64,000 nt of DNA from Dehalococcoidia bacterium (lineage in GTDB: Bacteria; Chloroflexota; Dehalococcoidia; Bin125): contig CAXXSR010000002.1 of NCBI GenBank assembly GCA_963662615.2, forward strand, positions 32,001-96,000, read 5' to 3'. A program made the translations under genes and the position numbers. Below are positions 52,589-62,478 of this stretch, piece after piece; positions within the stretch are counted from its first letter, which is position 1, and each line of letters opens with the position of its first letter. A model generated the notes under the pieces. The model made no database searches. It was given only the letters and a program-made list of their open reading frames with translations, and was not told where the DNA came from.

Positions 52589-53521
52589 ATGCCTCTGACC
52601 GCGGAAACGGAAGCGCTGCTGAAGACGTTCGCGGAGGCCGAAGGGCCTACGTTGCAGGAGATGACGCCGCAGGAGGCGCGAGCCGCCTACCGGGAAATGC
52701 GGGCCCTCCAGGGGGAGCCGGAGGACGTGGCGGTGGTGGAGGAGCGGACGGTGCCGGGACCGGCCGGAGACATTCCTGTTCGCGTCTATCGTCCTGAAGG
52801 CGCGGGAGCGTTCCCGGCGCTGGTACACTACCATGGGGGCGGCTGGATCATCGGCGATCTTGACACGCATGATCCCCTTTGCCGCCATTTCGCCAACGCC
52901 GCAGGGTGCGTGGTGGTGGTGCCGGACTACCGGCTGGCGCCCGAGCACAAGTACCCGGCCGCCGCCGACGATTGCTACGCGGCGACGAAGTGGGTGGCCG
53001 AACAGGGCGCCGAGATCGGCGTGGACCGCTCCCGCATCGCGGTGGGCGGGGACAGCTCGGGCGGCAATCTAGCAGCGGTGGTGGCGCTGATGGCGCGCGA
53101 CCGCGGCGGGCCGACCCTGGCAGCGCAGGTCCTGATCTACCCGGTCACGGACCACCGCTTCGACACCGCGTCATACCGCGATAACGGCAAGGGCTACTTC
53201 CTGGAAACCGACTTGATGCAGCTGTTCTGGGACTCCTACCTCAGCGGCGACGACGACGGCGCCCAACCGTACGCATCGCCGTTGCGCGCGCCGGACGTGA
53301 GTGGCGTGGCGCCCGCGCACATCATCACGGCGGAGTTCGACGTGCTGCGGGATGAGGGCGAAGCCTACGGCAAGCGTCTACAGGAGGCCGGGGTCGCCAC
53401 CCAAATCCAGCGCTATGACGGCATGATGCACGGCTTCGTCCAGTTTGGCGCCGCGATTCCGCAAGCCCACGACGCCATTGCCGACGTGGTGGCGGGGTTG
53501 AAAGCGGCCTTCAGCCGTTAG
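52589..53521 (+). CDS. HSL-family (family IV) esterase, copy 2
   Basis: HGGG, DYRLAPEH, GDSSGG, EFDVLRDEG, HGF. Confidence 0.96.
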   Translation: MPLTAETEALLKTFAEAEGPTLQEMTPQEARAAYREMRALQGEPEDVAVVEERTVPGPAGDIPVRVYRPEGAGAFPALVHYHGGGWIIGDLDTHDPLCRHFANAAGCVVVVPDYRLAPEHKYPAAADDCYAATKWVAEQGAEIGVDRSRIAVGGDSSGGNLAAVVALMARDRGGPTLAAQVLIYPVTDHRFDTASYRDNGKGYFLETDLMQLFWDSYLSGDDDGAQPYASPLRAPDVSGVAPAHIITAEFDVLRDEGEAYGKRLQEAGVATQIQRYDGMMHGFVQFGAAIPQAHDAIADVVAGLKAAFSR

Positions 53522-53596
53522 AGGGTCGCGCCCTGGCAGCGCGAGGGGCGACCGCCGGCGATGGGCGCAGCAGAGGTCGGGCGCGCATGGGCGCGC

Positions 53597-54217
53597 TCAG
53601 CGCAGCTCAACGCGGCCCTTGGGACAGTCGATCACCACGGAGAGAGCCGGCGCGTCGGCGGTCACCACCTCCAGATCAACGCCCAGCGCCTTCAACAGAG
53701 GCCGCACGGCGTCGGGGCGGGGATGCAGGCCGCGGAACTGCACGAGAGTGCAGCCGTGCGCGGCGCTCTCCGCGGGATGAGGCGTGTCCCCCCAGTCGAT
53801 GAGGAACGGGACGAGGCCGTCGCCGGCGGGGGGACCGTCGCGGCGAGTCAGACGCCACTCCACTCGACCCCCGTCCGGCCGCAGGCGGCTCATTGGCCGT
53901 ACCGCGCCGGGGTCGTAGCCGGCGGCCCGGGCCGCCGCGACGCGCGCCTCCAAGTTCGTGCCCCTCGCGGCCCAGGAGATGAGTCCGGCCGTGCGCATCG
54001 CGTCGAGGCCGTGGGCTCGCGCTTCGGCTGGGGGCGGCTGCGCCGGGTCCGGCGCGATCACCTCCAGGTAGGCGCCGCCGCCCAGGTCGAGCAAGGCGTT
54101 GTGCGTCCCCCTCCCTGGGTGCGAGCCACCCTCCGAGGGGCGCACGCCCAAGCGGGCGTCCAGATCCGCCTGCCCGGCTTTCAGATCCGACACACCGTAG
54201 ACGAGGTGATCGAGCAC
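53597..54217 (-). CDS. VOC / glyoxalase-like protein
   Basis: LDHLV, GGSHPGRGTHNAL, YLEVIA, PFLIDW. Confidence 0.92.
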   Translation of the reverse strand: MLDHLVYGVSDLKAGQADLDARLGVRPSEGGSHPGRGTHNALLDLGGGAYLEVIAPDPAQPPPAEARAHGLDAMRTAGLISWAARGTNLEARVAAARAAGYDPGAVRPMSRLRPDGGRVEWRLTRRDGPPAGDGLVPFLIDWGDTPHPAESAAHGCTLVQFRGLHPRPDAVRPLLKALGVDLEVVTADAPALSVVIDCPKGRVELR

Positions 54218-54302
54218 GAGCGCTCCGTCCGCGTCGCGGATCAGCGGCCGCCGAGGGGGAGTGGGCCGGTCGCGAGCGAGGCGGCCAGTATAGGCCCGCG
54301 GC

Positions 54303-55490
54303 TCAGGATGCGTGGGCGGCGCGAAAGTGCTCCCGCGCCGACGCCAACAAGTCCGGAGCGAGGCAAAGGTCGAGCGCCGTCATCGCGAGCGCCTTCGCCG
54401 CCGTCAGCGTCTCCGCGTGCGCCTCCTCCGTGGCCGCGGCCTGAGCGAACTCCGGCGTGTGAATGCCACCGTCAGTGCGAATGGCGAAGTAGGGGTGGAT
54501 CGACGGCGCCACGTGACTGACGTTGCCCATGTCGGTGCTGATGACGGGCCCGCGTCTGAGGGTCACGTCTTTGGGCGGCAGCGTTTTCCCAAGCGTTTTC
54601 GCGTTGGCGACGTACGCTTGGGCGAGGGGGTCATTGGTGATCAGATTGCTGTACGGCCGCCCGACCCACTGGTACTCCAACCGGCAGCCGGTGGCCTGGG
54701 CGGCCCCGCTGAAGCAGGCGAGAACGCGCTCCTTGAGGCCCGCCAGCTCGGCATCGTCCGCGGCGCGGAGGTAGAACTCCGCCGCGGTGTGGTCAGGGAT
54801 GATATTGGGCTGTTCGCCGCCCCGCCGGATCACGCCGTGAACGCGGCTGGTCGGCGTCATCTGCTGCCGCAGCAGCGAGACCGCGTTGTACGCCAGCACC
54901 AGCGCGTCGAGGGCGTTGACGCCCTCCCAGGGGGAGGCGGCGGCGTGCGCATGCTTGCCGTGGTACTCCACGAGGAGCGGCTGGATGGCCAGCACGCCGG
55001 CCCAAGCGCCGTCGTTGGGGGTCGGATGCACCATCATGGCGGCGTCGACGTCGGCAAAGGCGCCACGCTCGATCAGCGCGATCTTGCCGCCGCCGCCCTC
55101 TTCGGCCGGCGAGCCGAGCACGACCACGGTTCCCCGGCCCTCCCCCAGCGCCGCCTTCAGCGCCAGCCCGGCGGCGGCCCCGGCGATGGCGATGAGGTTG
55201 TGCCCGCAGGCGTGGCCAATGCCGGGGAGGGCGTCGTACTCGCAGAGCAGCGCCACCGTGGGACGGCCGCTGCCGGCGCGCGCGCGGAAGGCAGTCTCCA
55301 GCCCGTATGCGCCTCGCTCCAGGCTGAAGCCTTGCTGCTCCAGGAAGTCAGTGAGGAGTTGGTGCGCGCGCACCTCCTGAAAGTTCAGTTCCGGGTGGGC
55401 GTGAATGTCTAAGCTGAGCGCGCGGAGCGGCGCTGAGGCCGCGTCAACGGCTCGTTGGACGACCGCTTTCATGGCGCCGGCATCGGGCAT
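54303..55490 (-). CDS. M20-family amidohydrolase (ACY1L2-like)
   Basis: HAHPELNFQE, EYDALPGIGHACGHN, PAEEGGGGK, STDMGNVS, IHT. Confidence 0.95.
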   Translation of the reverse strand: MPDAGAMKAVVQRAVDAASAPLRALSLDIHAHPELNFQEVRAHQLLTDFLEQQGFSLERGAYGLETAFRARAGSGRPTVALLCEYDALPGIGHACGHNLIAIAGAAAGLALKAALGEGRGTVVVLGSPAEEGGGGKIALIERGAFADVDAAMMVHPTPNDGAWAGVLAIQPLLVEYHGKHAHAAASPWEGVNALDALVLAYNAVSLLRQQMTPTSRVHGVIRRGGEQPNIIPDHTAAEFYLRAADDAELAGLKERVLACFSGAAQATGCRLEYQWVGRPYSNLITNDPLAQAYVANAKTLGKTLPPKDVTLRRGPVISTDMGNVSHVAPSIHPYFAIRTDGGIHTPEFAQAAATEEAHAETLTAAKALAMTALDLCLAPDLLASAREHFRAAHAS

Positions 55491-55548
55491 GGCCTCGCGC
55501 TTTCGTGCCGCGGCTGCGCTGGGCGCCAGAATAGCGCAGGCCGCCACC

Positions 55549-55574
55549 CGCTCGATCGATCGATCGATTGAGCG
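55549..55574. repeat. Near-perfect palindrome built on tandem GATC
   Basis: CGCTC-GATCGATCGATCGATT-GAGCG in the divergent promoter region. Confidence 0.7.
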
Positions 55575-55863
55575 GAGCAATGAACCGTATAGCGATCGCG
55601 CGAGAGCACGCGGCGCGATTGGCGCTGCGGTGTCGAGCGAAGCGGCTGGTTGTAATCGGGGTGTTACCGGTGCCTGCGCGGGGGCGCGGCCTGCTACGAT
55701 AACGACGGTTAAGAAGTGCGCATGAAGGACTGAGAGCGGCGGCGATCGCTCGGCGTGCGCACCAGGAGAGCAACAACGGCGGGGCGCCTAAGGCGTTTGA
55801 GTTCGACGGGCTGAATCGACGGACTCCGCCCCCGCCGCGCCGGCTAGGGAAAGGGCCAGGGAG

Positions 55864-57717
55864 ATGGCGGAGACGCCCGCGCTGGAGCCGCGGGAGTCCA
55901 CGCAGGTGCGCGACCGAGTCACAGTTCGCTTCGCCGGCGACTCCGGCGACGGAATGCAACTCGCCGGCAACCGCTTTACCGACGCCACCGCCGTCTTCGG
56001 CAACGATTTCAGCACCCTGCCCAACTTCCCCGCGGAGATCCGCGCACCCGCCGGCTCACTGGCCGGTGTCAGCTCATTCCAGGTCAGCTTCTCGCGGCTC
56101 GACATCCACACGCCGGGCGATGCGCCGGACGCGCTGGTGGTGATGAACCCAGCGGCGCTGCGCGTGAACCTGGGCGACCTCCCGCTGGGCGGTCTGCTGA
56201 TCGTGAACGAAGACGCCTTCACCACGGCGAACTTGAAGAAGGCCGGCTACGCGTCGGATCCACTGGAAGACGGCACGCTGAGCGCGTATCGGGTGATCCG
56301 CGTCCCGGTCACATCAGGGGCGAGCGCCGCCGCCGCGGAGGCGGGCGTCACAGCGCAGGAAGCGGAGCGGACGAAGAACTTCTTTGCGCTGGGAGTCGTG
56401 TACTGGCTGTACGACCGCGATATGAAGCCCACCCTGGAGTGGATCAGCACGAAGTTCAGCCGGCGGCCAACGATGGTTGAGGCGAACCAGCGCGCCCTGC
56501 GAGCGGGGTTCCACTTCGGCGAGACGGCCGAGCTGGCTGACGCGCACGTCTCCGTGCCACCGGCACGCCTGCGCCCCGGCGAATACCGGACGATCACGGG
56601 CAGCGAAGCGACGGCGATGGGCTTGGTGGCCGGGGCGCAGCTGTCCGGCCGAGACCTCTTCTACGGCAGCTACCCCATCACCCCGGCCACCGACGTGTTG
56701 CATCAGCTGGCGACGTACCGCCACTTCGGAGTGCGCACGTTCCAAGCGGAGGATGAGATCGCTGCCGTGGGCGCCGTCATTGGTGCGGCCTTCGGGGGCG
56801 CGTTGGCGGTGACCGGCACCAGCGGACCGGGGATCGCGTTGAAGAGCGAGGCGCTGGGGCTGGCGGTGATGACGGAGCTGCCCCTGGTGGTCTTGAACGT
56901 CCAGCGGTCCGGGCCCAGTACGGGGATGCCAACTAAGACCGAACAGGCCGATCTCCTGCAGGCGATGTTCGGCCGCAACAGCGAGAGCCCGATCTGCATC
57001 GTCGCGCCCCGCAGCCCGGGCGACTGCTTCTACATGGTCATTGAAGCGGTGCGTCTGGCCTTCACCTTCATGACGCCCGTGATCTTCCTGTCGGACACGT
57101 ACCTGGCCAATTCGGCGGAGCCGTGGCCGGTACCCGACGTGAATCAGCTGACGCCGATCACCGTGCGGCTCCATGAGGATCCCGAGACGTTCGCGCCGTA
57201 CAAGCGCGATCCCGAAACGTTGGCGCGAATGTTCGCGATTCCCGGCACGCCGCATCTCCAACACCGGATCGGCGGCTTGGAGAAGGCCGATGTCACCGGG
57301 GAGGTGTCGTACGACCCGGACAACCACCAGCACATGGTGGAGCTGCGGGCGCAGCGGATCGAAGGGATCGCGAAGTTCATTCCGAACGTGGATGTGGAAG
57401 GGCCGGAGGAAGGCGATCTACTGGTCCTCTCCTGGGGGAGCACGTATGGCGCCGTCATCACCGGCGCCGACGACGCGCGCGGGCGCGGCGCCAGCGTCGC
57501 CACGGCGCACCTTCGCTACCTCAACCCGTTCCCGGCGAACCTGGGCGACGTGGTCAAGCGCTACCGGACGGTCCTCATCCCCGAGAACAACCTGGGCCAG
57601 CTGCGGATGCTGGTGCGCGCGCAGTATCTCGTGGACGCCGTGGGGCTCAACCAAGTTTCGGGACAGCCCTTCAAGGCGGCGGAGATCACGGAAGCGATCC
57701 TGAAGGCGGGCAGGTAG
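55864..57717 (+). CDS. korA: 2-oxoacid:ferredoxin oxidoreductase alpha subunit
   Basis: FAGDSGDGMQL, PAEIRAPAG, YPITPA, QAEDEIAA, TSGPG, QRSGPSTGMPTKTEQ; substrate not proven. Confidence 0.93.
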   Translation: MAETPALEPRESTQVRDRVTVRFAGDSGDGMQLAGNRFTDATAVFGNDFSTLPNFPAEIRAPAGSLAGVSSFQVSFSRLDIHTPGDAPDALVVMNPAALRVNLGDLPLGGLLIVNEDAFTTANLKKAGYASDPLEDGTLSAYRVIRVPVTSGASAAAAEAGVTAQEAERTKNFFALGVVYWLYDRDMKPTLEWISTKFSRRPTMVEANQRALRAGFHFGETAELADAHVSVPPARLRPGEYRTITGSEATAMGLVAGAQLSGRDLFYGSYPITPATDVLHQLATYRHFGVRTFQAEDEIAAVGAVIGAAFGGALAVTGTSGPGIALKSEALGLAVMTELPLVVLNVQRSGPSTGMPTKTEQADLLQAMFGRNSESPICIVAPRSPGDCFYMVIEAVRLAFTFMTPVIFLSDTYLANSAEPWPVPDVNQLTPITVRLHEDPETFAPYKRDPETLARMFAIPGTPHLQHRIGGLEKADVTGEVSYDPDNHQHMVELRAQRIEGIAKFIPNVDVEGPEEGDLLVLSWGSTYGAVITGADDARGRGASVATAHLRYLNPFPANLGDVVKRYRTVLIPENNLGQLRMLVRAQYLVDAVGLNQVSGQPFKAAEITEAILKAGR

Positions 57718-57724
57718 GCGCTCC

Positions 57725-58759
57725 ATGGCGGTGAAAGCGAACGACCAACCAGCCGACGCCCGCGCTCTGACGAAGAAGGACTTTTCGTCCGACGCGGACG
57801 TGCGCTGGTGCCCGGGCTGCGGCGACTATTCCGTGCTGGCGCAGGTGCAGCGGATGATGCCGGATCTGGGCGTTGCCCGCGAGAACACGGTGTTCATCTC
57901 GGGCATCGGCTGCTCAAGTCGGTTCCCGTACTACATGAACACGTACGGATTCCATAGCATCCACGGCCGCGCCCCGACGCTGGCGACCGGTCTCAAGTTG
58001 ACGCGGCCGGAGCTGCTGGTGTGGGTGATTACCGGGGACGGCGACGGACTCAGCATTGGCGGCAACCACCTGCTCCACGTGCTGCGGCGGAACGTTGACG
58101 TCAATATCGTGCTGTTCAACAACCGCATCTACGGGCTGACAAAGGGCCAGTATTCGCCTACGTCAGAGATGGGCAAGACGACGAAATCATCGCCGATGGG
58201 CACGATTGAGAACCCCCTCAACCCCATCAGTGTGGCGCTGGCAGCGGAAACCACCTTCGCGGCCCGGTCGTTCGACACCGATCCCGCGCACCTGACCGCC
58301 ATCCTCAAGCGCGCCGCAGCGCACCAGGGAGCGGCCTTCGTTGAGGTGTACCAGAACTGCAACATCTTCAACGACGGCGCCTTTCGCGACTTTACCGACA
58401 AACCCGTCCGCAACCAACGCATGATCTATCTGGAGCACGGCTCGCCCATCCTCTTCGGTGACGACAAGGAGAAAGGGATCGTGCTGAACGGCATCAGGCC
58501 CGAGATCGTGGAAGTGACGGACGAGAACCGAGACCGCGTGCTCGTGCACGACGAACAGTTGCCCGACCCGACCGTCGCGCACCTGCTGGCGCACTTCAGT
58601 TACCCCGAGATGCCCGTCCCGGTGGGCGTCTTTCGCGATGTGCAACGGCCCACCTACGGCGACCTGCTGTCAGCGCAGATCGCGACGGCGAAGGAGCAAC
58701 GAGGCGAGGGCGATCTCGCCGCGCTGCTCAAGGGCGACAGCACCTGGCTGGTGGAATAG
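57725..58759 (+). CDS. korB: 2-oxoacid:ferredoxin oxidoreductase beta subunit
   Basis: WCPGCGD, GIGCSSR, IHGRA, GDGD...NN TPP motif, YGLTKGQYSPT. Confidence 0.94.
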   Translation: MAVKANDQPADARALTKKDFSSDADVRWCPGCGDYSVLAQVQRMMPDLGVARENTVFISGIGCSSRFPYYMNTYGFHSIHGRAPTLATGLKLTRPELLVWVITGDGDGLSIGGNHLLHVLRRNVDVNIVLFNNRIYGLTKGQYSPTSEMGKTTKSSPMGTIENPLNPISVALAAETTFAARSFDTDPAHLTAILKRAAAHQGAAFVEVYQNCNIFNDGAFRDFTDKPVRNQRMIYLEHGSPILFGDDKEKGIVLNGIRPEIVEVTDENRDRVLVHDEQLPDPTVAHLLAHFSYPEMPVPVGVFRDVQRPTYGDLLSAQIATAKEQRGEGDLAALLKGDSTWLVE

Positions 58760-58992
58760 CAGCAGCGTCCCCCGTCCTGGCCTCAGCCCCGCATCGCTGA
58801 GCGCGGCGAGATCGACTCGCACAACCTATGCACGCACTACGCCAAGCAGGTGCAGGGCCTGTTCCGGCGCTTGCGCGCCCGCGCGACCGCGCCGAACTAT
58901 GCTCAGCGGCCGGCCGATCCTCCCTTCCGGCGTGGTGCGACCCGCCGGGTGTTGCGACCGCTAGAGCCGCCCCTCCTTCTGCTCCCCTTTCG

Positions 58993-59022
58993 TTGACACC
59001 TTCTCCCGCCGCCCCCTACCTT
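58993..59022 (+). promoter_or_regulatory. Sigma70-type promoter, probably leaderless
   Basis: TTGACA-N18-TACCTT, 6 nt before GTG 59029. Confidence 0.65.
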
Positions 59023-59028
59023 CAATCC

Positions 59029-59394
59029 GTGGGCCTGCAACGGACCTGGACGCTGCATAATACGCTGGCGGGAGCGCTGGAGCAGGTCATCGAGCAGCTG
59101 GAGGCACAGCTGAGCGAGGCCTCGGTCGGGGAGCTGGTGGAGTTCGTCGATGGCTTCCTGCCGGGCCGGACGGCGTCCCCGGAGTGGACGGCGTCGCTGG
59201 AGCGGCTGGCGGAGGTCATGTGGTCCGCCCTCCCGACCGAGACCATGGAGGCCGTGGGCGCCATCTACGCATCACGCGAGGGGCCCATGTGGCAGCCGCT
59301 CGTGAACAAATTCTCAGCCGAGCACGGGCAGCGGCTCTTGGGACAGCGGTGGCGGCCGGCGGGCGCGCGCCGGGCGGCGGTGGTGTTGCGCTAG
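59029..59394 (+). CDS. Hypothetical protein (121 aa)
   Basis: Coding-like 3' part of ORF 58828..59394; start set by the promoter position. Confidence 0.7.
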   Translation: MGLQRTWTLHNTLAGALEQVIEQLEAQLSEASVGELVEFVDGFLPGRTASPEWTASLERLAEVMWSALPTETMEAVGAIYASREGPMWQPLVNKFSAEHGQRLLGQRWRPAGARRAAVVLR

Positions 59395-59446
59395 GACCTG
59401 CGCGACGACGTTCCTCCCTGAGGGCAGGGGATGCGATGAGGCAGAC

Positions 59447-61030
59447 GTGACGGAACAGCGCGGGTATCAAGCCCTCCGAGAGGCCATCGTCTCAGCCGAC
59501 TATCGGAGCGCAACGGCGACGTTCGTGGAGCTGCTGCGGGATGAGGAGCCGCTGAAGAAGCTGGTGACGGCCTCGGTGGATACGACGGCTCCCTACATCC
59601 AGGCGCCGGCGCACATCATGTCGCGGCCCGACGGCGGCGTGCAAACCGTGAACTACGACCACACCGTGCTGGGATGGCGGGCCTCCATGCAGCTGGCGCA
59701 CCGTCTTGGCGAACGCGGCGGCCTGCTCCCGATCACCCAGGCGATCTGGTACGTGCCGCAAGGATTGAACCCCTGGGATCAAGTCTTGTGCCGCTTCCCC
59801 GGGCACTACGCGCGCGACAAGTTCAAGTGCGACAGCCGCGAGGAAGAGCGCGCCCAAGGGCACAACTTTGACGGTCCCGCTTGGGAGACGCCGCAGGTCC
59901 GCTTTGAGGACTGCGATCCCATTCGCGGCGGCTCCAGCAGCGCCCGCTTGCACGACATGGCCGCCGCCATCCGGCAGGGCGACCGCGCCGACGGATACGG
60001 CCTCTTTCTGGGGCTCGCCGACGACCCGGAGCAGCGCACGGCGCTGAAAGAGGCCATGCTCTTCGCCGGGATCATTGACCTGCAGGAGAGCATAATTGAC
60101 CGTAGGGAATACCAGAACATCGGGCACAAGGCGCTGCGGGCCCGGGCCATGGTGGACCTGGCGGACGACCTGGGCTGGGAGAACGCCCACGGCCTCTTCT
60201 ACACGGTGGTGCCGGATATGGGCACCACGCCGCGCCTGCACGCGCTCTGGACTCAGGCGTCAAGCGTGGTGGAGACGCAGTTCCGGCAGAACTGGCAGAC
60301 GCTGAAGCAAGACAACCGGGCGCCGCTGACGCCTCGGGAGGTGGAGGAGACCGTCGACGTCGTCCTCTGGGGCCTGCCGAGCGACGTGGTGGCGCACATC
60401 TCGCAACGGCTGCGAGAGGGCAAGGCGCTGCTGGCCATCGGCGATGCCATCGTCGTGGCATTTTGCCGCTTCATCATCGACCAGCTCGAAAATCGCGCTG
60501 CCTATTTCATCCCCGGCCACGCGCTCGACTACTGCAACGTGGTGCATCACTGGATCCGAACGTACGATAATCCGCACCAGGCCAAGGCGCTCTACATGGA
60601 GGCTGTGTTCGTCAATGACATGGTCCGGGCGGACAGGCTCTTCCCCCGCGACCCCGAGAACGAATTGCGACCGGACGAGCATGCGGCTTGGGCCGAGGCT
60701 CTGCCGCTGCGTGACCTGCTCCCGACGATTGACGCGGCCATCACGGACCTGGACGCCGATCGCGCCATCGCGCTGGTGGATGCATACCTGGCGAGGACGG
60801 AGGAGCGGCAGCGCCTCCTGGCCACGATCGCGTTCTCGGTGTGCAAGTTCCAGAATGACCCGCACATCCAGCGCAATTGCATCTCCACGATGGAGGAGTT
60901 CACGGAGAACCGCAGCGGGCAGCGCGATACGATCATCCGCGCGGCCACGAAGTACGCGTCGCACGCAACCAAGCGATCCCTCGACTTCGGCGCGTACGAC
61001 ATTTTCCGGACGAGCTTCGCCGCCGGCTAG
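59447..61030 (+). CDS. Uncharacterised all-helical protein with four internal His-bearing repeats
   Basis: 527 aa, strong codon bias; YDHT, IGHK, PGHA and DPHI each follow a similar helical hairpin. Confidence 0.85.
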   Translation: MTEQRGYQALREAIVSADYRSATATFVELLRDEEPLKKLVTASVDTTAPYIQAPAHIMSRPDGGVQTVNYDHTVLGWRASMQLAHRLGERGGLLPITQAIWYVPQGLNPWDQVLCRFPGHYARDKFKCDSREEERAQGHNFDGPAWETPQVRFEDCDPIRGGSSSARLHDMAAAIRQGDRADGYGLFLGLADDPEQRTALKEAMLFAGIIDLQESIIDRREYQNIGHKALRARAMVDLADDLGWENAHGLFYTVVPDMGTTPRLHALWTQASSVVETQFRQNWQTLKQDNRAPLTPREVEETVDVVLWGLPSDVVAHISQRLREGKALLAIGDAIVVAFCRFIIDQLENRAAYFIPGHALDYCNVVHHWIRTYDNPHQAKALYMEAVFVNDMVRADRLFPRDPENELRPDEHAAWAEALPLRDLLPTIDAAITDLDADRAIALVDAYLARTEERQRLLATIAFSVCKFQNDPHIQRNCISTMEEFTENRSGQRDTIIRAATKYASHATKRSLDFGAYDIFRTSFAAG

Positions 61031-61212
61031 GCGTTGAGCGTCGCCCTCTAAACGTTCGTCCCAAGCGGAGCCTGCCGTGCCTGTTTCGAACCCTTGAGCG
61101 CAAGGGACCGCGGCGCTGTCCCGATCAACGGGCGTGGCCGGCGCTCCGCCCCTCACATCCGCGCGTGATCACTCCGCGTTCACGCCATACGCTGTGAGCG
61201 GAGGTGCAAGCG

Positions 61213-62430
61213 ATGAGTGACGCGCCGCGCGTGCGCGACTGGATCGCCTCGGGTGCGTTGCTGCCGCCGGTTGGCGAGGCGCCGGCGGCGGTGGATCTGG
61301 CGCGTGCGCTGGCCCGGCTCAGCGGCGCCCCTGACGTAGAGCCGGGACCGGGGACGGCCGCGCTGGCCGAAGCGATCGGGCCGGCGGATCAGCTCATCTT
61401 CGTCCTCATTGACGGGCTCGGGTGCAACCTCCTTGGCGACCTGCCGGCCAACTCCTTCCTGCGCCGGCGGACCGTCCTGGAATTGCGGGCCGTCTTTCCG
61501 TCCACCACGGCCACTGCCCTGACCTCGCTGGCCACGGCGGCGTGGCCGGCGCGACACGCGATCCCTGGGTGGTTCACGTACCTCCCCGAACAGGACATCA
61601 TGGCGACGATCCTGCCCTTCGTGGAGCGCTTCGGCGAGAAACCGCTTGAGGAGTACGGCGTGACCGCCGTGTCCGCCTTCCCCTGCCCGTCGGCCCTGGC
61701 GGCGTACGGGCGCGCCGTACGGACGTATCACCCCCGCGCGATCACCGACAGTCAGTACACGCGCTACCAGCGCGGCGCTTCCCCCGGCGACGGCTACGAC
61801 GCCCTCAGCGACGGCGTGGATGCGGTCTGCCGGCGCGTCCGCGAGGCGCAGGCGCCAACGTTTCACTACCTTTACATTCCCGACGTGGACGGGGCGGCCC
61901 ACCGGCACGGATGGGACGCGCCGGAGGCGCACGCCGCCCTCGCCAACGTGGACGCCCAACTCGCCCGGCTGGCGGAGGCCACCCGACCCGCCGGCACGAA
62001 CGGAAGCGGCGTGCGCATGGTCATGAGCGCGGATCACGGCATGCTCACGGTGCCCGAGGAAGCGAAGCACGTCATGCGCGCCGACGACCCGATCATGGCG
62101 GCGCTGCGGTTTCCGCCGTCGGGGGAGCCGCGGGCACCGCTCTTCCACGTGCGTCCTGGACAAGCGGAGCCGTTCAGGGCGCAGTTCCGCGAGCGCTGGG
62201 GCGAATGGTTCGCGCTGCTCACGGTCAGGGAAGCGGAAGAGCTGGCGCTGTTTGGGCCGGAACCGCTGTCCGCACCGGCGCGGGCGCGGATCGGCGATTT
62301 CGTGGGCATCGCTGCGGGGCCGGACGTGCTCCTCTATGAGGCCAACGGGCCGGCCGGCATCAGCACGCTGCGGGGCTACCACGGTGGGCTGACACCGGCG
62401 GAGATGCGGATCCCGCTCATCATCGCCTAG
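61213..62430 (+). CDS. Alkaline-phosphatase-superfamily nucleotide pyrophosphatase/phosphodiesterase
   Basis: IDGLG, FPSTT, D..AH..G, ADHG, GYHGG. Confidence 0.93.
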   Translation: MSDAPRVRDWIASGALLPPVGEAPAAVDLARALARLSGAPDVEPGPGTAALAEAIGPADQLIFVLIDGLGCNLLGDLPANSFLRRRTVLELRAVFPSTTATALTSLATAAWPARHAIPGWFTYLPEQDIMATILPFVERFGEKPLEEYGVTAVSAFPCPSALAAYGRAVRTYHPRAITDSQYTRYQRGASPGDGYDALSDGVDAVCRRVREAQAPTFHYLYIPDVDGAAHRHGWDAPEAHAALANVDAQLARLAEATRPAGTNGSGVRMVMSADHGMLTVPEEAKHVMRADDPIMAALRFPPSGEPRAPLFHVRPGQAEPFRAQFRERWGEWFALLTVREAEELALFGPEPLSAPARARIGDFVGIAAGPDVLLYEANGPAGISTLRGYHGGLTPAEMRIPLIIA

Positions 62431-62478
62431 CGTCCGCGGCGTCCCGGGACACGGACGCAGGCGCCGTCGTGCGCCGCT

